From the NCBI GenBank assembly GCA_965224345.1, contig CBDCYU010000003.1, forward strand, positions 1,865,748-1,929,747: a DNA stretch of 64,000 bases, written 5' to 3'. The notes under the pieces were generated by a model, which saw nothing but the letters and a program-made list of their open reading frames with translations, was not told the origin of the DNA and searched no databases. Origin of the DNA: Dehalococcoidia bacterium (GTDB taxonomy: Bacteria > Chloroflexota > Dehalococcoidia > Lucifugimonadales > CBDCYU01). Below are positions 48,711 to 57,949 of this stretch, piece by piece. The number at the start of each line of letters is the position of its first letter. Within the stretch, counting starts at the first letter, position 1. The translations under genes and the position numbers were made by a program.

Positions 48711-49793
48711 TCACTCCCTGGCGACCACGGAGCCGTCCGGTCGTATCGCCTCGACCCCTTGGGCGCCGGTGTAGGCGACTGCCTTGAGGGACGCCTCTAT
48801 GCGCTGCCCCGCTTCGACCCTGAGGGCCGTGCCGTTGGCGACGGCGGTCTCGACGCCCTGGTTATCGTAGCTGGTGAAGGGCTCCAGGCCGACGTTGTAG
48901 GTCCTGCCCCACCAGGGGTAGCCGAAGCCACCGAAGGACTGCCAGTACCACAGGTATCGGAAGAGGTCCTGGGGGAAGAGCACCCCAAGCCCGACCTGCA
49001 TACGCCGGTTGGTGATGGCGTACCATCCCTCGGGCATGTCGGTGACGTAGGACATGTCCATGATGCGGCTGCCGCGGGCGGGCACCCTGCTCAGGTCGAC
49101 GCGCCCGCCGTCCCTGGCGTCCGACCAGGGCCAGGGTCCGTCGAAGCCCGCCTCCAGGCGGTTGGCGGCGTCCCACTCAGTGTCGTGGTTCAGCAGGCGG
49201 CCTCCTGGCAGATCGATGACGCAGTCGCCGCTGAGGAAGGGAGGCCCGATGGCGATGTGCTGCCCCCAGACGCAGTCGACGGCCTCCTCGCCCTCGTTGG
49301 TCAGCGCCTCCTCGATGGACAGCACGGGCGAGCCCGACTCCAGGGACAGGGTCTTCTCGAAGAAGAAGGGCGTCCTGTAGGTGCGGACCCAGCAGCGGAG
49401 GCTAACCCTGTCCGGGGAGTCCTCGGTGATGACGGAGTCCCACGGCATGGTGTTGACCTCGGCGTGGATGCCGAGGTCGGCCCCCCGGTAGTTGGACGGG
49501 TAGCCTCCGCCCGGAAGGACCGTCTGCCACCCTCCCTCGTACACGTCCATCCAGACGGCCGCCGGATCGGAGGTGGTGGCCATGAACTTGGAGGGGTCGC
49601 GGACGCCCCACGGAGAGCGCCACATGAAGTCGACGTCTGTGGGCTTGTGGACGAGCTGGTATATGTCGGCGCCTTTGTCGATCAGGACGACGACGCGGAG
49701 CAGCTCGTTCTCCAGTATGGCGGTCTTCAGCCCGCGGTAGCTCCAGGCGTCCGAGACGCGGCAGCCGTGGTTCCTCTCGGTCTGGTAGTGCAC
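48711..49793 (-). CDS. Aldose-1-epimerase-like (DUF4432-like) protein, paralog 2
   Basis: About 80% identical in protein to 47625-48704, same length class, separated by 6 nt. Confidence 0.75.
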   Translation of the reverse strand: MHYQTERNHGCRVSDAWSYRGLKTAILENELLRVVVLIDKGADIYQLVHKPTDVDFMWRSPWGVRDPSKFMATTSDPAAVWMDVYEGGWQTVLPGGGYPSNYRGADLGIHAEVNTMPWDSVITEDSPDRVSLRCWVRTYRTPFFFEKTLSLESGSPVLSIEEALTNEGEEAVDCVWGQHIAIGPPFLSGDCVIDLPGGRLLNHDTEWDAANRLEAGFDGPWPWSDARDGGRVDLSRVPARGSRIMDMSYVTDMPEGWYAITNRRMQVGLGVLFPQDLFRYLWYWQSFGGFGYPWWGRTYNVGLEPFTSYDNQGVETAVANGTALRVEAGQRIEASLKAVAYTGAQGVEAIRPDGSVVARE

Positions 49794-49926
49794 TGTGCTA
49801 CTCCTCGCTGCTGCGGCAAGATCGGCTCGCGGGCGGAAGACGGACCTTCACCCTCGAACCGGGCTCGGGGCGGGACGAAGCGGCAGTCATCCTGGCACAT
49901 GGGGTCGGTTGGCGGGGAGTTTCCAA

Positions 49927-49962
49927 CCCTCACCTCAGCCCTCTCCCGGACTTGGGAGAGGA
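49927..49962 (-). repeat. GC-rich REP-like hairpin element (family 2)
   Basis: Reverse complement CCTCTCCCAAGTCCGGGAGAGGGCTGAGGTGAGGG, compare 60995-61032 and 55480-55517. Confidence 0.6.
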
Positions 49963-49995
49963 GGCAGGATCCGGGGCGCGGGGGGCTCGCGAGGG

Positions 49996-50814
49996 TCAGC
50001 CGCGGACGGCTATGACGTCCAGCCAGTTCCGGCCCACGTACTTGATGCCCATCTCCTCGTAGGTCTGGGTGACGCCCTCCTTGAGGGCTGCGCTGGCCTT
50101 GTCCAGGGGGACGCCCGGCATGATGCCGACGATGAAGTCCTCGAAGTCGCTGATGTCCAGCCAACCCTCCAGGGGGACCTGGACCAGGTCAATCTCCTGC
50201 TTCACGACGTAGAGTCCGTGGCTCTCCACCAGCTCGCGGTACTGGTCCGGTGTCAGGTGCTTGCGCGACTCTACCTTCTCGGACCTGATGGGAGCGAGGC
50301 CGTACTTGCGCCGGAGGATTCGCGACGACCTGAGCATCCACTTCCGGTAGAAGGGCAGCGACTCAGGCGTCTGGCCGCCCTCGAAGAAGGAGGTGTTGAA
50401 GACGAACTTGCCGCCGGGCTTGAGGGTCTTGGCGATCTCCTCCATCAGCGCGTCTTTGTCGTTGACGTAGTGGATGGCGTTGCAGAAGACGATGGTGTCG
50501 GCGGACTTCTTGACCGAATCGGAGAGTTGCTCCACGCGGCTCTGCACGAAGTGCACGGAGGCGTCTCGCGCGCCTCTCAGGTTCTCCATAGCCTGCTTCA
50601 ACGCCGTGGCAGACTGGTCGATGGCTATTATCACCGACTCGTGGGCGTCCCGGAGCCGGTCCAGAATCAGCTGCGTGACGCCGCCGGTGCCGCATCCCAG
50701 GTCGACGATCCGCTGGCCGTCCTTCAGCTCGGCCATGTCGACAAGCCGGGCGTTAATAGACCAGTAGAAGGGGTTAGCGGAGAACTTGGAGAAGGAGAAG
50801 TTTTCCGAGGCCAC
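49996..50814 (-). CDS. Class I SAM-dependent methyltransferase
   Basis: Motif I IVDLGCGTGGVT, post-I acidic residue, LKPGGKFVF. Confidence 0.85.
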   Translation of the reverse strand: MASENFSFSKFSANPFYWSINARLVDMAELKDGQRIVDLGCGTGGVTQLILDRLRDAHESVIIAIDQSATALKQAMENLRGARDASVHFVQSRVEQLSDSVKKSADTIVFCNAIHYVNDKDALMEEIAKTLKPGGKFVFNTSFFEGGQTPESLPFYRKWMLRSSRILRRKYGLAPIRSEKVESRKHLTPDQYRELVESHGLYVVKQEIDLVQVPLEGWLDISDFEDFIVGIMPGVPLDKASAALKEGVTQTYEEMGIKYVGRNWLDVIAVRG

Positions 50815-51002
50815 GGCACCCTCCTTGAGCGCGCATGGGTTTTCCCGTACCGCCTTAGCAGGTGAAGTATACCAAATCCTCTCGGAGTACGCTCGTTTTC
50901 ACCATGTCAGGTTTCGTATTGGAATTATATACGAAATTACCCTATCGACTTCTGCCAGCCGCTTGGGGTAAAATGGTACCGTAAATTACGGAGGCGGGTA
51001 TC

Positions 51003-51950
51003 ATGGCACAGAACGCACCAGGCAAGCACTACCGCAAGGGGCTCTCCCTAGTCCAGGCTGTTGAGATGTTCGTAGACCCGGACTTCACGGAGCAGTGGTT
51101 CATTGAGCAACGCTGGCCCAACGGCGTAGCCTGCCCCGGTTGTGGGAGCCTCAACATACAGACCCGGCGCACCCGCAAGCCTCAGCCCTTCCGGTGCAAC
51201 GACTGCCGCAAGGATTTCTCAGTCAAGACGGACACCGTAATGCACTCGTCCAAGCTCCCCTTGAAGACCTGGGGCCTGGCGATGTACCTACTGACGACCG
51301 GCATCAAGGGCACGTCCAGCATGAAGCTCTACCGTGACCTGGGCGTCACCCAGAAGACAGCCTGGTTCTTGGCCCATCGCATACGCAAGGCGTGGAAGAT
51401 TGACAACGCGCCGTTCTCCGGCCCCGTTGAGGCAGACGAAACGTTCATAGGCGGCCTGGAGAAGAACAAGCACCCACACAAGCGCCGGAACTCCGGGCGG
51501 GGGCCGACTGGCAAGGCCATCGTCGTTGGCGTCAAGGACCGCGCCACTAAGCGGGTGTCCGCCCAGGTGGTACCGTCCACAAGCAGCTTCTACCTGAAGC
51601 ACTTTGTCGGTACCCATATGGAGCCAGAGGCCAAGGTCTACACCGATGAGCACGGCGGCTACGTCGGGCTACCCAACCACGAGACCATCAAGCACTCAGT
51701 GGGCCAGTACGTCAGTGGCATGGCCCACACGAACGGCATTGAGTCATTCTGGGCTGCGCTCAAGCGCGGATACCACGGTACATACCACCACATGAGCGTT
51801 AAGCACCTGGGCCGGTACATCGGGGAGTTTGAGGGCCGTCACAATGACCGGCCAGCCGACACGGTTGACCAGATGGCTCACATGGTACGGGGGATGGAAG
51901 GGAAGCGGCTCCGGTACGAGGACTTGATTGCGGAGGACGAGGCGGCCTAG
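51003..51950 (+). CDS. IS1595-family (ISXO2-like) transposase
   Basis: N-terminal zinc ribbon CPGCGS...CNDCRKDFS, GVTQKTAWFLAHRIR, VEADETFIGG, and a DDE region ...YTDEHGGY...NGIESFWAALKRG. Confidence 0.9.
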   Translation: MAQNAPGKHYRKGLSLVQAVEMFVDPDFTEQWFIEQRWPNGVACPGCGSLNIQTRRTRKPQPFRCNDCRKDFSVKTDTVMHSSKLPLKTWGLAMYLLTTGIKGTSSMKLYRDLGVTQKTAWFLAHRIRKAWKIDNAPFSGPVEADETFIGGLEKNKHPHKRRNSGRGPTGKAIVVGVKDRATKRVSAQVVPSTSSFYLKHFVGTHMEPEAKVYTDEHGGYVGLPNHETIKHSVGQYVSGMAHTNGIESFWAALKRGYHGTYHHMSVKHLGRYIGEFEGRHNDRPADTVDQMAHMVRGMEGKRLRYEDLIAEDEAA

Positions 51951-52186
51951 CTCATAGATACTGCCGATGATATCGGGCCGAGACTAGGATACGACACTCC
52001 CCAGGGAACTAGTAATCGCGCCGATCAGCCTGCCGAGACTGGCAAATCGGGGGTTAGCCACTCAACCGCAACCAGTACACCCATCAACGTCACCCACCAT
52101 TTGTTTTTCTGCCACCACCTGTTCATTCTTCCTAACACCCCCCCCTCTTCGCCTCTTTGAAGGGCGCGCCACCAGCGCCTTGAGAA

Positions 52187-52354
52187 CTAGCTATCCCGGC
52201 CGTTTCGACGGATGATTTCTCGTGCCTCATCAATAACGCGCTGGACCTCCTCAGGAGTCCAGTCTGGACGATTCCCCACCACTCTTTCTACAGCCGCCAG
52301 CGCTTCTTCCCGTCCCTTAGCTCGATTCTTGCGCATGAATGAGTCAGCTAACAT
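52187..52354 (-). CDS. Hypothetical small protein (55 aa) in the IS passenger region
   Basis: GGAGGG lies 7 nt upstream of ATG 52354. MLADSFMRKNRAKGREEALAAVERVV.... Upstream frames encode TM-like segments and may be frameshifted. Confidence 0.3.
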   Translation of the reverse strand: MLADSFMRKNRAKGREEALAAVERVVGNRPDWTPEEVQRVIDEAREIIRRNGRDS

Positions 52355-52871
52355 TGTGAATCCCTCCGTGATAGTGTATGCCAGTATTGCTTCTCCTATC
52401 CATAGAGGTCCAACCTTGTGTCCTCCGAGTAACCAGGGCTTCCCATATGCTATCGGGGCGGGTAGTCGTAAGGACAACCGCAACCCCGCTTACGGTAGCA
52501 AGTCCGACGAACAAGCCCCAAGCCCACAACTCCCGGAATATGGGCAAAGGGTTAGCCCTTGAGGATGCGGTCTAGCTCAGCCTTAGGGCGGGTCCGCACG
52601 ACGGCAGCCACAATGTTCTCCGGGATGTCCGGTATGGGCTCCGGCTCTGGGCGCGGGGGGCGGCCCCGCTGACGCTTTGCCTCTGGCATCGCCTGACCCC
52701 CTCGTACCCGATTATCCTACGCGCTAGTCCTTCCCGTCAATACCTTTTCTCCCCAGGCGGTGGGTCAGCCGCGCCTCTAGGGTAATTTCGTATATAATTC
52801 CCTTTCGTATTTGGCATTTTCACCTGACCCCAGCCGCTCCCACCGAGGAAAGGAGGTAGTTGGCCCGGCCG

Positions 52872-54809
52872 TCAGTTTGCGGGGCTGAGGGACAGGTTGT
52901 AGGGGGCCGGCTGGTGAGTCCCCCTGGTGACGGGCGATACGACGACCACGGCGCTGAGGAGCTCCGGGCCGAGCTCCAGGACCTGCAGCCGGCCCGCCCG
53001 GCTCTCGTCCAGCTCCATCTTCCGGACGGACGCCGCACCGTCGGCTCCCATCAGTATGAGCTGGACCACGTACTCTTGGGGGAGGGTGTTGTCGAAGCGT
53101 ACGAACCCGTCCGCGTCCCAGCCGGACGGCTGCTCGGCGTCGTCGAAGAAGCCCGCCTCGGGAACGGAGATGTCGTCGATCACGAAGCCGTCCAGGTGCA
53201 CCGCGTCGTCGGTGACGTACTCGAACCGGAGCAGCAGCTTGCCGCCGGCGTAGTCGGAGAGGTCGATCCTCTCCAGGAGCCAGCCTCCGCTGTCGCCGGT
53301 GTAGCCGTCTCCGAAGCTGTTGCCCATGGGGTTGAAGGTGGAGGTGTGACCTCCCTTCAGGACCGTCCAGGTGACGCCGCCGTCGGTGGAGACCTCGGCG
53401 TAGGCGTAGTCCCATCCCTCCTCCACACTGAACCAGGTCCTGAACTCCAGGGTGGCGCGGCTCACGCCGGTCAGGTCGAGCTCCCGTGTCAGGGTCGAGT
53501 CGATGAGGTCTCCCCGGTTGCCCCACCAGCAGCGGCGTCCGCTGTGACAGGAGGTGTCGGCCTGCGCCACCTCGCGCTCTCCCTGGAAGCTTACGACGGC
53601 GCCGCCTTCCAGGGGGAGGCTGTAGTAGTGGGCGGAGAACTGGGGCAGACTGCCGCCTCTCTCAGATCCGGCGGCCAGGCGCCTCACCCTCCGCACCTTG
53701 ACGTCGCGCCCCCGGTAGCCGTATGGCCCCTCCGGGGCGTCGACGTAGTTGGCGACCACCCAGTCGCTGAAGAGGTCCACGAAGGTCACGCCCGACCCGG
53801 AGAGAAACCTCTCGACGCCGTTGATGCCGTCGGCGCTCTCAGCCGCCAGCTCCCTGAGCCTCTCGTGGCCGCCGTGCTCCTGGACCAGATAAGCGAGGAA
53901 CAGGACAGCCGCTCCGTAGTGCGGCCCACTCGTTCCGGGCCCATCGGGCCAGTAGTTCAGCTGAGTGGAGGGCCTCCACAGGAAAGCCTCCACGAAGGGC
54001 GAAGGGTAGCCCGCCAGCTCCCTGGCCGCCTCCGCCATCCCCTCGTTGATCCAAGCGTCCTCGCCGTGGTCGTTGTTCCAGTGTATCGCGTGCTGGAGCT
54101 CATGGACCAAGGTGCCCAGGTACTCCGGAGACCCGGGCCTCAGGTCCGAGTTCATGTAGACGATCTCCCGCTCGTTGCTGTACGGGTGGATATCGTCCGG
54201 GTACTCGTCATCGGAGCCAAAGTAGCCGCCGACTCCCCGGAGAGGCGTGTGGAGCACAGTCATCCTGGGGTCGTTGTCCACGCCGGGGTTCCAGACCTCC
54301 CCGAAGGACCTGGTCATGAGGGGCAGAATATCGCCCTCGAAGGCCTCCGCGGCCGACGCGATGTCATCGTCGTCGAGCTCCGCCGCGTCGTCGACGTACC
54401 AGTAGGCGTTCTCGCTGGCCAGCCGCAGCGTGGCCTGCACCGTGTAGCTCCGCAGCTCGTGCAGGTCGAGGACCCAGAACTCCTGCGTGTGCCCCTCCCG
54501 GTAGCTCACGGGCCCCGGATTGGCGAGGCGTGACAGGGCGCCGCCGGGGTTGGGACGCAGCCTTCGGGCGAGCTCGAAGAGGTCCCGCTCCGGCGGCTCC
54601 GCGACAGAAGCCGGGGCCGGTGTCTCTATCGGGACTTCTGGGGGCTTCTCATCGCCGGGGGCGGCCCTCTCGGCTACGGTGGGAGCGGAGGCGGGTGATT
54701 GGGTTTCGCCCTCCCCGCAGGCGGCAGCCGCCGCCAGTACGGCTCCCACGAGCAGGAGCGCCCCACACCTGGAGGCTGGGACCGCCGCGACTTGGAAAAG
54801 GCTGCGCAT
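52872..54809 (-). CDS. Secreted/lipoprotein zinc metallopeptidase (gluzincin HExxH...NEG) with InhA-like C-terminal beta-sandwich domain
   Basis: Lipobox-like LAAAAACG, HELQHAIHWNNDHGEDAWINEGMAE, C-terminal WDYAYAEVSTDGGVTWTVL...LLLRFEYVTDD as in immune-inhibitor-A-type proteases. Confidence 0.8.
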   Translation of the reverse strand: MRSLFQVAAVPASRCGALLLVGAVLAAAAACGEGETQSPASAPTVAERAAPGDEKPPEVPIETPAPASVAEPPERDLFELARRLRPNPGGALSRLANPGPVSYREGHTQEFWVLDLHELRSYTVQATLRLASENAYWYVDDAAELDDDDIASAAEAFEGDILPLMTRSFGEVWNPGVDNDPRMTVLHTPLRGVGGYFGSDDEYPDDIHPYSNEREIVYMNSDLRPGSPEYLGTLVHELQHAIHWNNDHGEDAWINEGMAEAARELAGYPSPFVEAFLWRPSTQLNYWPDGPGTSGPHYGAAVLFLAYLVQEHGGHERLRELAAESADGINGVERFLSGSGVTFVDLFSDWVVANYVDAPEGPYGYRGRDVKVRRVRRLAAGSERGGSLPQFSAHYYSLPLEGGAVVSFQGEREVAQADTSCHSGRRCWWGNRGDLIDSTLTRELDLTGVSRATLEFRTWFSVEEGWDYAYAEVSTDGGVTWTVLKGGHTSTFNPMGNSFGDGYTGDSGGWLLERIDLSDYAGGKLLLRFEYVTDDAVHLDGFVIDDISVPEAGFFDDAEQPSGWDADGFVRFDNTLPQEYVVQLILMGADGAASVRKMELDESRAGRLQVLELGPELLSAVVVVSPVTRGTHQPAPYNLSLSPAN

Positions 54810-54840
54810 CGGATGACGTATGCAGGCAATAGGGACGGGT

Positions 54841-55485
54841 TCAGTTGAAGCGGTTCATCGTCGACGTTATACCGTTGGTCAGCACGGCCACTGCGGCCTG
54901 GGAGGCGCGCTCCACGGCTTCGTTGACGACCTCCAGCTCCTCCTCCGGTATCTCGCCCAGGACGTGCTCGATCTGGTCGGCGCCCTGGGAAGGGCCCCCT
55001 ATCCCGACCCGAAGCCTGGGAAATGCCTGGGTGCCTATGGCCTCAGTGATGGACCTGGCCCCGTTGTGGCCGCCGGCGCTCCCATCGGGCCGCAGCCGGA
55101 TCTTGCCCAAGGGGAGGGCGATGTCGTCGAAGATGACCAGCAGCCTTGCGGGCGGCGCCCTGTACCGCGCCAGCAGGTACGCAACGGCTTGGCCGCTGCG
55201 GTTGACGTAGGTCCGCGGCTTGGCCAGAGCTATGGGCAGCCCCTCCACGGTCCCTTCGCCGATGAGGGCGGTCCTGTGGCGCCGCGAGAGGGAGATGGAG
55301 TACTCGCTGGCGATGCGGTCTATGCACCGGAATCCCAGGTTGTGCCGCGTCCTCGCGTACTCGCTGCCGGGATTGCCCAGTCCGACCACGATCAGGTCCC
55401 GGGGGGCGGGCGGGCCTCCTGGCCCGATGAGCGACTTTCGGACTGACTGTAAGATGCGCAGGTGCTTCTCCTGATTCGTCCTCAC
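54841..55485 (-). CDS. pth: Peptidyl-tRNA hydrolase
   Basis: LIVVGLGNPGSEYARTRHNLGF, VNRSGQAV, DDIALPLGKIRLRPDGSAGGHNG. Start uncertain: GTG 55485 lies inside a REP-like element; the alternatives are CTG 55461 (AGGAGAAG RBS) and GTG 55389. Confidence 0.88.
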   Translation of the reverse strand: MRTNQEKHLRILQSVRKSLIGPGGPPAPRDLIVVGLGNPGSEYARTRHNLGFRCIDRIASEYSISLSRRHRTALIGEGTVEGLPIALAKPRTYVNRSGQAVAYLLARYRAPPARLLVIFDDIALPLGKIRLRPDGSAGGHNGARSITEAIGTQAFPRLRVGIGGPSQGADQIEHVLGEIPEEELEVVNEAVERASQAAVAVLTNGITSTMNRFN

Positions 55486-55517
55486 CCCAGCCCTCTCGCA
55501 TCGAAGGGTGAGGGGGG
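55480..55517 (-). repeat. GC-rich REP-like hairpin element (family 2)
   Basis: CCTCACCCcagccctctcgcatcgaaGGGTGAGG with an 8-bp stem. The minus strand contains GAGAGGGCTGGGGTGAGG. Confidence 0.5.
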
Positions 55518-55526
55518 ATGGCGGCG

Positions 55527-56429
55527 CTACTCCTCCAGGGTGTAGTCGCCGCTGGCTCCGCCGCTCTTCCTGACGAGCCTGACACCCTCGATCCGCATCC
55601 CGCGGTCCGCCGCCTTGCACATGTCGTAGAGGGTCAGCGCGGCGACGGCGACGGCCGTCATCGCCTCCATCTCGACCCCGGTCTTGGCGGTCGTCTTGGC
55701 CGTGGCCGTGATGACGGCGGCGCTGCGGGCGCGGTCGAGCTCGAAGTCCACCGTCACCTGGTCCAAGGGCAGCGGGTGACACAGCGGGATCAGCTGCGAC
55801 GTGCTCTTGGCCCCCATGACTCCGGCGATCCTTGCGACCCCCAGGACGTCGCCCTTCTCGAACCCGTTGGACTCTATCAGCCTCAGGGTCTCCGGCTTCA
55901 TGACCACCGCGCCCATGGCCACCGCCACGCGCTGGGTATCCGGCTTCTGCCCGACGTCCACCATGCGCGCTCTGCCCGACTCATCGACGTGGGACAGGGG
56001 GGCCTCCGGTGCGCTGGGGCCGGGGCGCCTCCCTCCCGGACCTCTCAGGTGGGCCTGCTCATTGGCCAGGGCGTCCGCCTTCTCGTTCAGGGGATTGCCG
56101 ACGTGGGCGCGGACCCACTGCCACCGGACGGTGCGCTTGCTGGCCTCAGCGTCCAGCCTACCCCACAGGTCCCGGTTTGCGTTGCGCTTCCAGTTGCGGG
56201 TCATCGTGTTTACGACGTACTGGCTGTCGCTGAGGACGGTGACCCTTGCGGACTCCGGGACGGCGGCGACGCCGTTGATGACGGCCAGCATCTCCATGCG
56301 GTTGTTGGTCGTGGAGTCCTCTCCGCCCCGCACGACCCTCTCGGAGCCGTTCTCCACTATGACAGCCGCCCAGCCGCCGGGGCCTCCAGGGTTCTTCAGG
56401 CAGGAGCCGTCCGTGTATATCTCGATCAA
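55527..56429 (-). CDS. moaC: RNase HI - MoaC (cyclic pyranopterin monophosphate synthase) fusion protein
   Basis: N-terminal IEIYTDGSC...NNRMEM...SDSQYV...[17 protein letters not shown] (RNase HI DEDD residues), a Pro/Gly linker, then [18 protein letters not shown]...LIPLCHPL...[10 protein letters not shown]...YDMCKA (MoaC), all in one uninterrupted 300-codon frame. Confidence 0.85.
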   Translation of the reverse strand: MIEIYTDGSCLKNPGGPGGWAAVIVENGSERVVRGGEDSTTNNRMEMLAVINGVAAVPESARVTVLSDSQYVVNTMTRNWKRNANRDLWGRLDAEASKRTVRWQWVRAHVGNPLNEKADALANEQAHLRGPGGRRPGPSAPEAPLSHVDESGRARMVDVGQKPDTQRVAVAMGAVVMKPETLRLIESNGFEKGDVLGVARIAGVMGAKSTSQLIPLCHPLPLDQVTVDFELDRARSAAVITATAKTTAKTGVEMEAMTAVAVAALTLYDMCKAADRGMRIEGVRLVRKSGGASGDYTLEE

Positions 56430-56450
56430 CCGGGTCTCTCTCCTGAATCT

Positions 56451-57068
56451 CTAGCTCGGCGGCGCTGAGGATGAAACGTACTCGGGAGGGGGCACTCTAT
56501 CCGCCAGGAGCAGGTCGTTGCGCAGGGCGACGGACGATGGGTCGATGACGAATCCCCGCTCCAGGAAGCCTACCAGCTGCAGGTCCAGGAAACGCAGCAG
56601 GGCGCGGTCGAGGTCCTGGCGGGAAATCGCGTACACGCTGTCTTGAAAGGGGTAGCGCTGCGCCTTGGACGGGTCGAGCTTGTCCGCCAGAAAGACCACC
56701 CTGGCGATGGGGCCCATGCCCGGGGAGCCCGACGTATGCGATCTCACCGCCTCCAGCACCTCCTCGTCGGCGACCCGGGCCTCGCGCTGGAGCCACGCCG
56801 CGCCGACCGGGCCGTGCAGGAGGACAGGACTGGCTCGGTCGATGGGGCGGACGGGGATACCGTAGGCGCTGGCCGACTCCAGCAGCTCGTCGCCTCCGCA
56901 CGCGCGGGCCAGGTCATGGGCCGCGGCCGCCAGGTCCGACCTCTCGACGTCGAGGCCGTGGACAGCGGCGAGGTCTCGCGTGATTTCGCGCACCCTCTCG
57001 ACGTGCTGGAAGAGTCCCCTGGGCAGCTCGCGGAGGCGCGCCTCGACGGCGTCGGGAAGCGGCCGCAA
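56451..57068 (-). CDS. yqeK: HD-domain phosphohydrolase, YqeK-like (bis(5'-nucleosyl)-tetraphosphatase family)
   Basis: HVERVREITRDLA, AAAHDLAR (HD), LLHGPVGA, SHTSG, VVFLADKLDPSK. Confidence 0.7.
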   Translation of the reverse strand: MRPLPDAVEARLRELPRGLFQHVERVREITRDLAAVHGLDVERSDLAAAAHDLARACGGDELLESASAYGIPVRPIDRASPVLLHGPVGAAWLQREARVADEEVLEAVRSHTSGSPGMGPIARVVFLADKLDPSKAQRYPFQDSVYAISRQDLDRALLRFLDLQLVGFLERGFVIDPSSVALRNDLLLADRVPPPEYVSSSAPPS

Positions 57069-57073
57069 CCGGG

Positions 57074-57418
57074 CTATCCCATCCTTCCCAGGGGCTTACC
57101 GCCGATGACGTGCAGATGGAGGTGCTCCAGGGTCTGCCCTCCATTCTCGCCTTGGTTGATAGTCAGGCGGTAGCCGGAGCTCCCGACCCCCTCCTCGGCG
57201 GCCAGGCGGCTCGCCGCCGCCAGCATGTCCCCCAGGACGGAGCGGGTCTCGGCGGACAGGTCGGACAGGCGGGTCACGTGGCGGTTGGGTATCACCAGCA
57301 GATGCACGGGAGCGATGGGCGCGATGTCCCTAACTGCGAAGCAACTCTCGTCCCGGTAGAGGACGTCGCTCTCTACCTCACCGGACCCGATCTTGCACAA
57401 GATACAGTCGTCGAACAT
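57074..57418 (-). CDS. HIT family (histidine triad) protein
   Basis: CILCKI, APVHLLVIP, HLHLHVIGG. Confidence 0.9.
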   Translation of the reverse strand: MFDDCILCKIGSGEVESDVLYRDESCFAVRDIAPIAPVHLLVIPNRHVTRLSDLSAETRSVLGDMLAAASRLAAEEGVGSSGYRLTINQGENGGQTLEHLHLHVIGGKPLGRMG

Positions 57419-57490
57419 GGGGTGCTCTCAGGCTTCTCCTCTTGCTCACGCCGCCGACCGTCCCTGCCGGAAGGGGGGAGCTGCGAAGCG

Positions 57491-57874
57491 TCACTCCAGT
57501 ACCGCGATGGCCTCGATCTCGACCAGGTAATCGGGCAAGACCAGCGCCTTCACGACGACGGTGCTGCTGGCGGGCCCGTCCTCGGGGAAGCGCCGGAGCC
57601 GCGCCTGGGCGTAGGCTTGGTAGTCGTCGACGTCGACCAGGAAGGCGGTGATCTTGGTGACGTCGCCCATGGCGGCGCCGGCGGCCTTCAGCGCCGCCTC
57701 CACGTTGTCGAGGCACTGCGCCGCCTGGGCGCCGCAGTCTCCCCGGCCAACCAGCCCTCCACCGGCGTCGGTCGATACCTGCCCCGACACGAAGACCAGG
57801 TTGCCGGCCCTGGTGGCCGGTGAGAAGCCTTGGGGCTTGTTGTCGGGGTTGGGAAAGAAGGTCTGTCTTGGCAT
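57491..57874 (-). CDS. ridA: RidA/YjgF family deaminase
   Basis: GNLVFVSGQV, NVEAALKAAGAAMGDVTKITAFL, VEIEAIAV. ATG 57874 follows GGAGAAG. Confidence 0.88.
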   Translation of the reverse strand: MPRQTFFPNPDNKPQGFSPATRAGNLVFVSGQVSTDAGGGLVGRGDCGAQAAQCLDNVEAALKAAGAAMGDVTKITAFLVDVDDYQAYAQARLRRFPEDGPASSTVVVKALVLPDYLVEIEAIAVLE

Positions 57875-57949
57875 TTTCTTCTCCGAGGCGGCCTCATCCC
57901 AGCGGGAGATGCCGTGCCGGGGACAGGCGGGTTGAAGCCCGCCCACCGG

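Larger units (their letters stand above)
50904..52816 (+). mobile_element. IS1595-family element with about 0.8 kb of passenger sequence (1.9 kb unit)
   Basis: 24-bp perfect inverted repeats GGAATTATATACGAAATTACCCTA (50921-50944) and TAGGGTAATTTCGTATATAATTCC (52778-52801). 8-bp direct repeats TTTTCACC at 50896-50903 and 52817-52824. AT-richer than the flanks. Exact termini uncertain. Confidence 0.6.

Noticed and set aside
48375-50015. 546-aa plus-strand ORF
   Set aside because: It is antisense to the two DUF4432-like paralogs and reproduces their duplication as a low-complexity repeat.
52860-54533. 557-aa plus-strand ORF
   Set aside because: It is antisense to the metallopeptidase gene, which carries HELQH...NEG and a lipoprotein signal. 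It has no motifs of its own.
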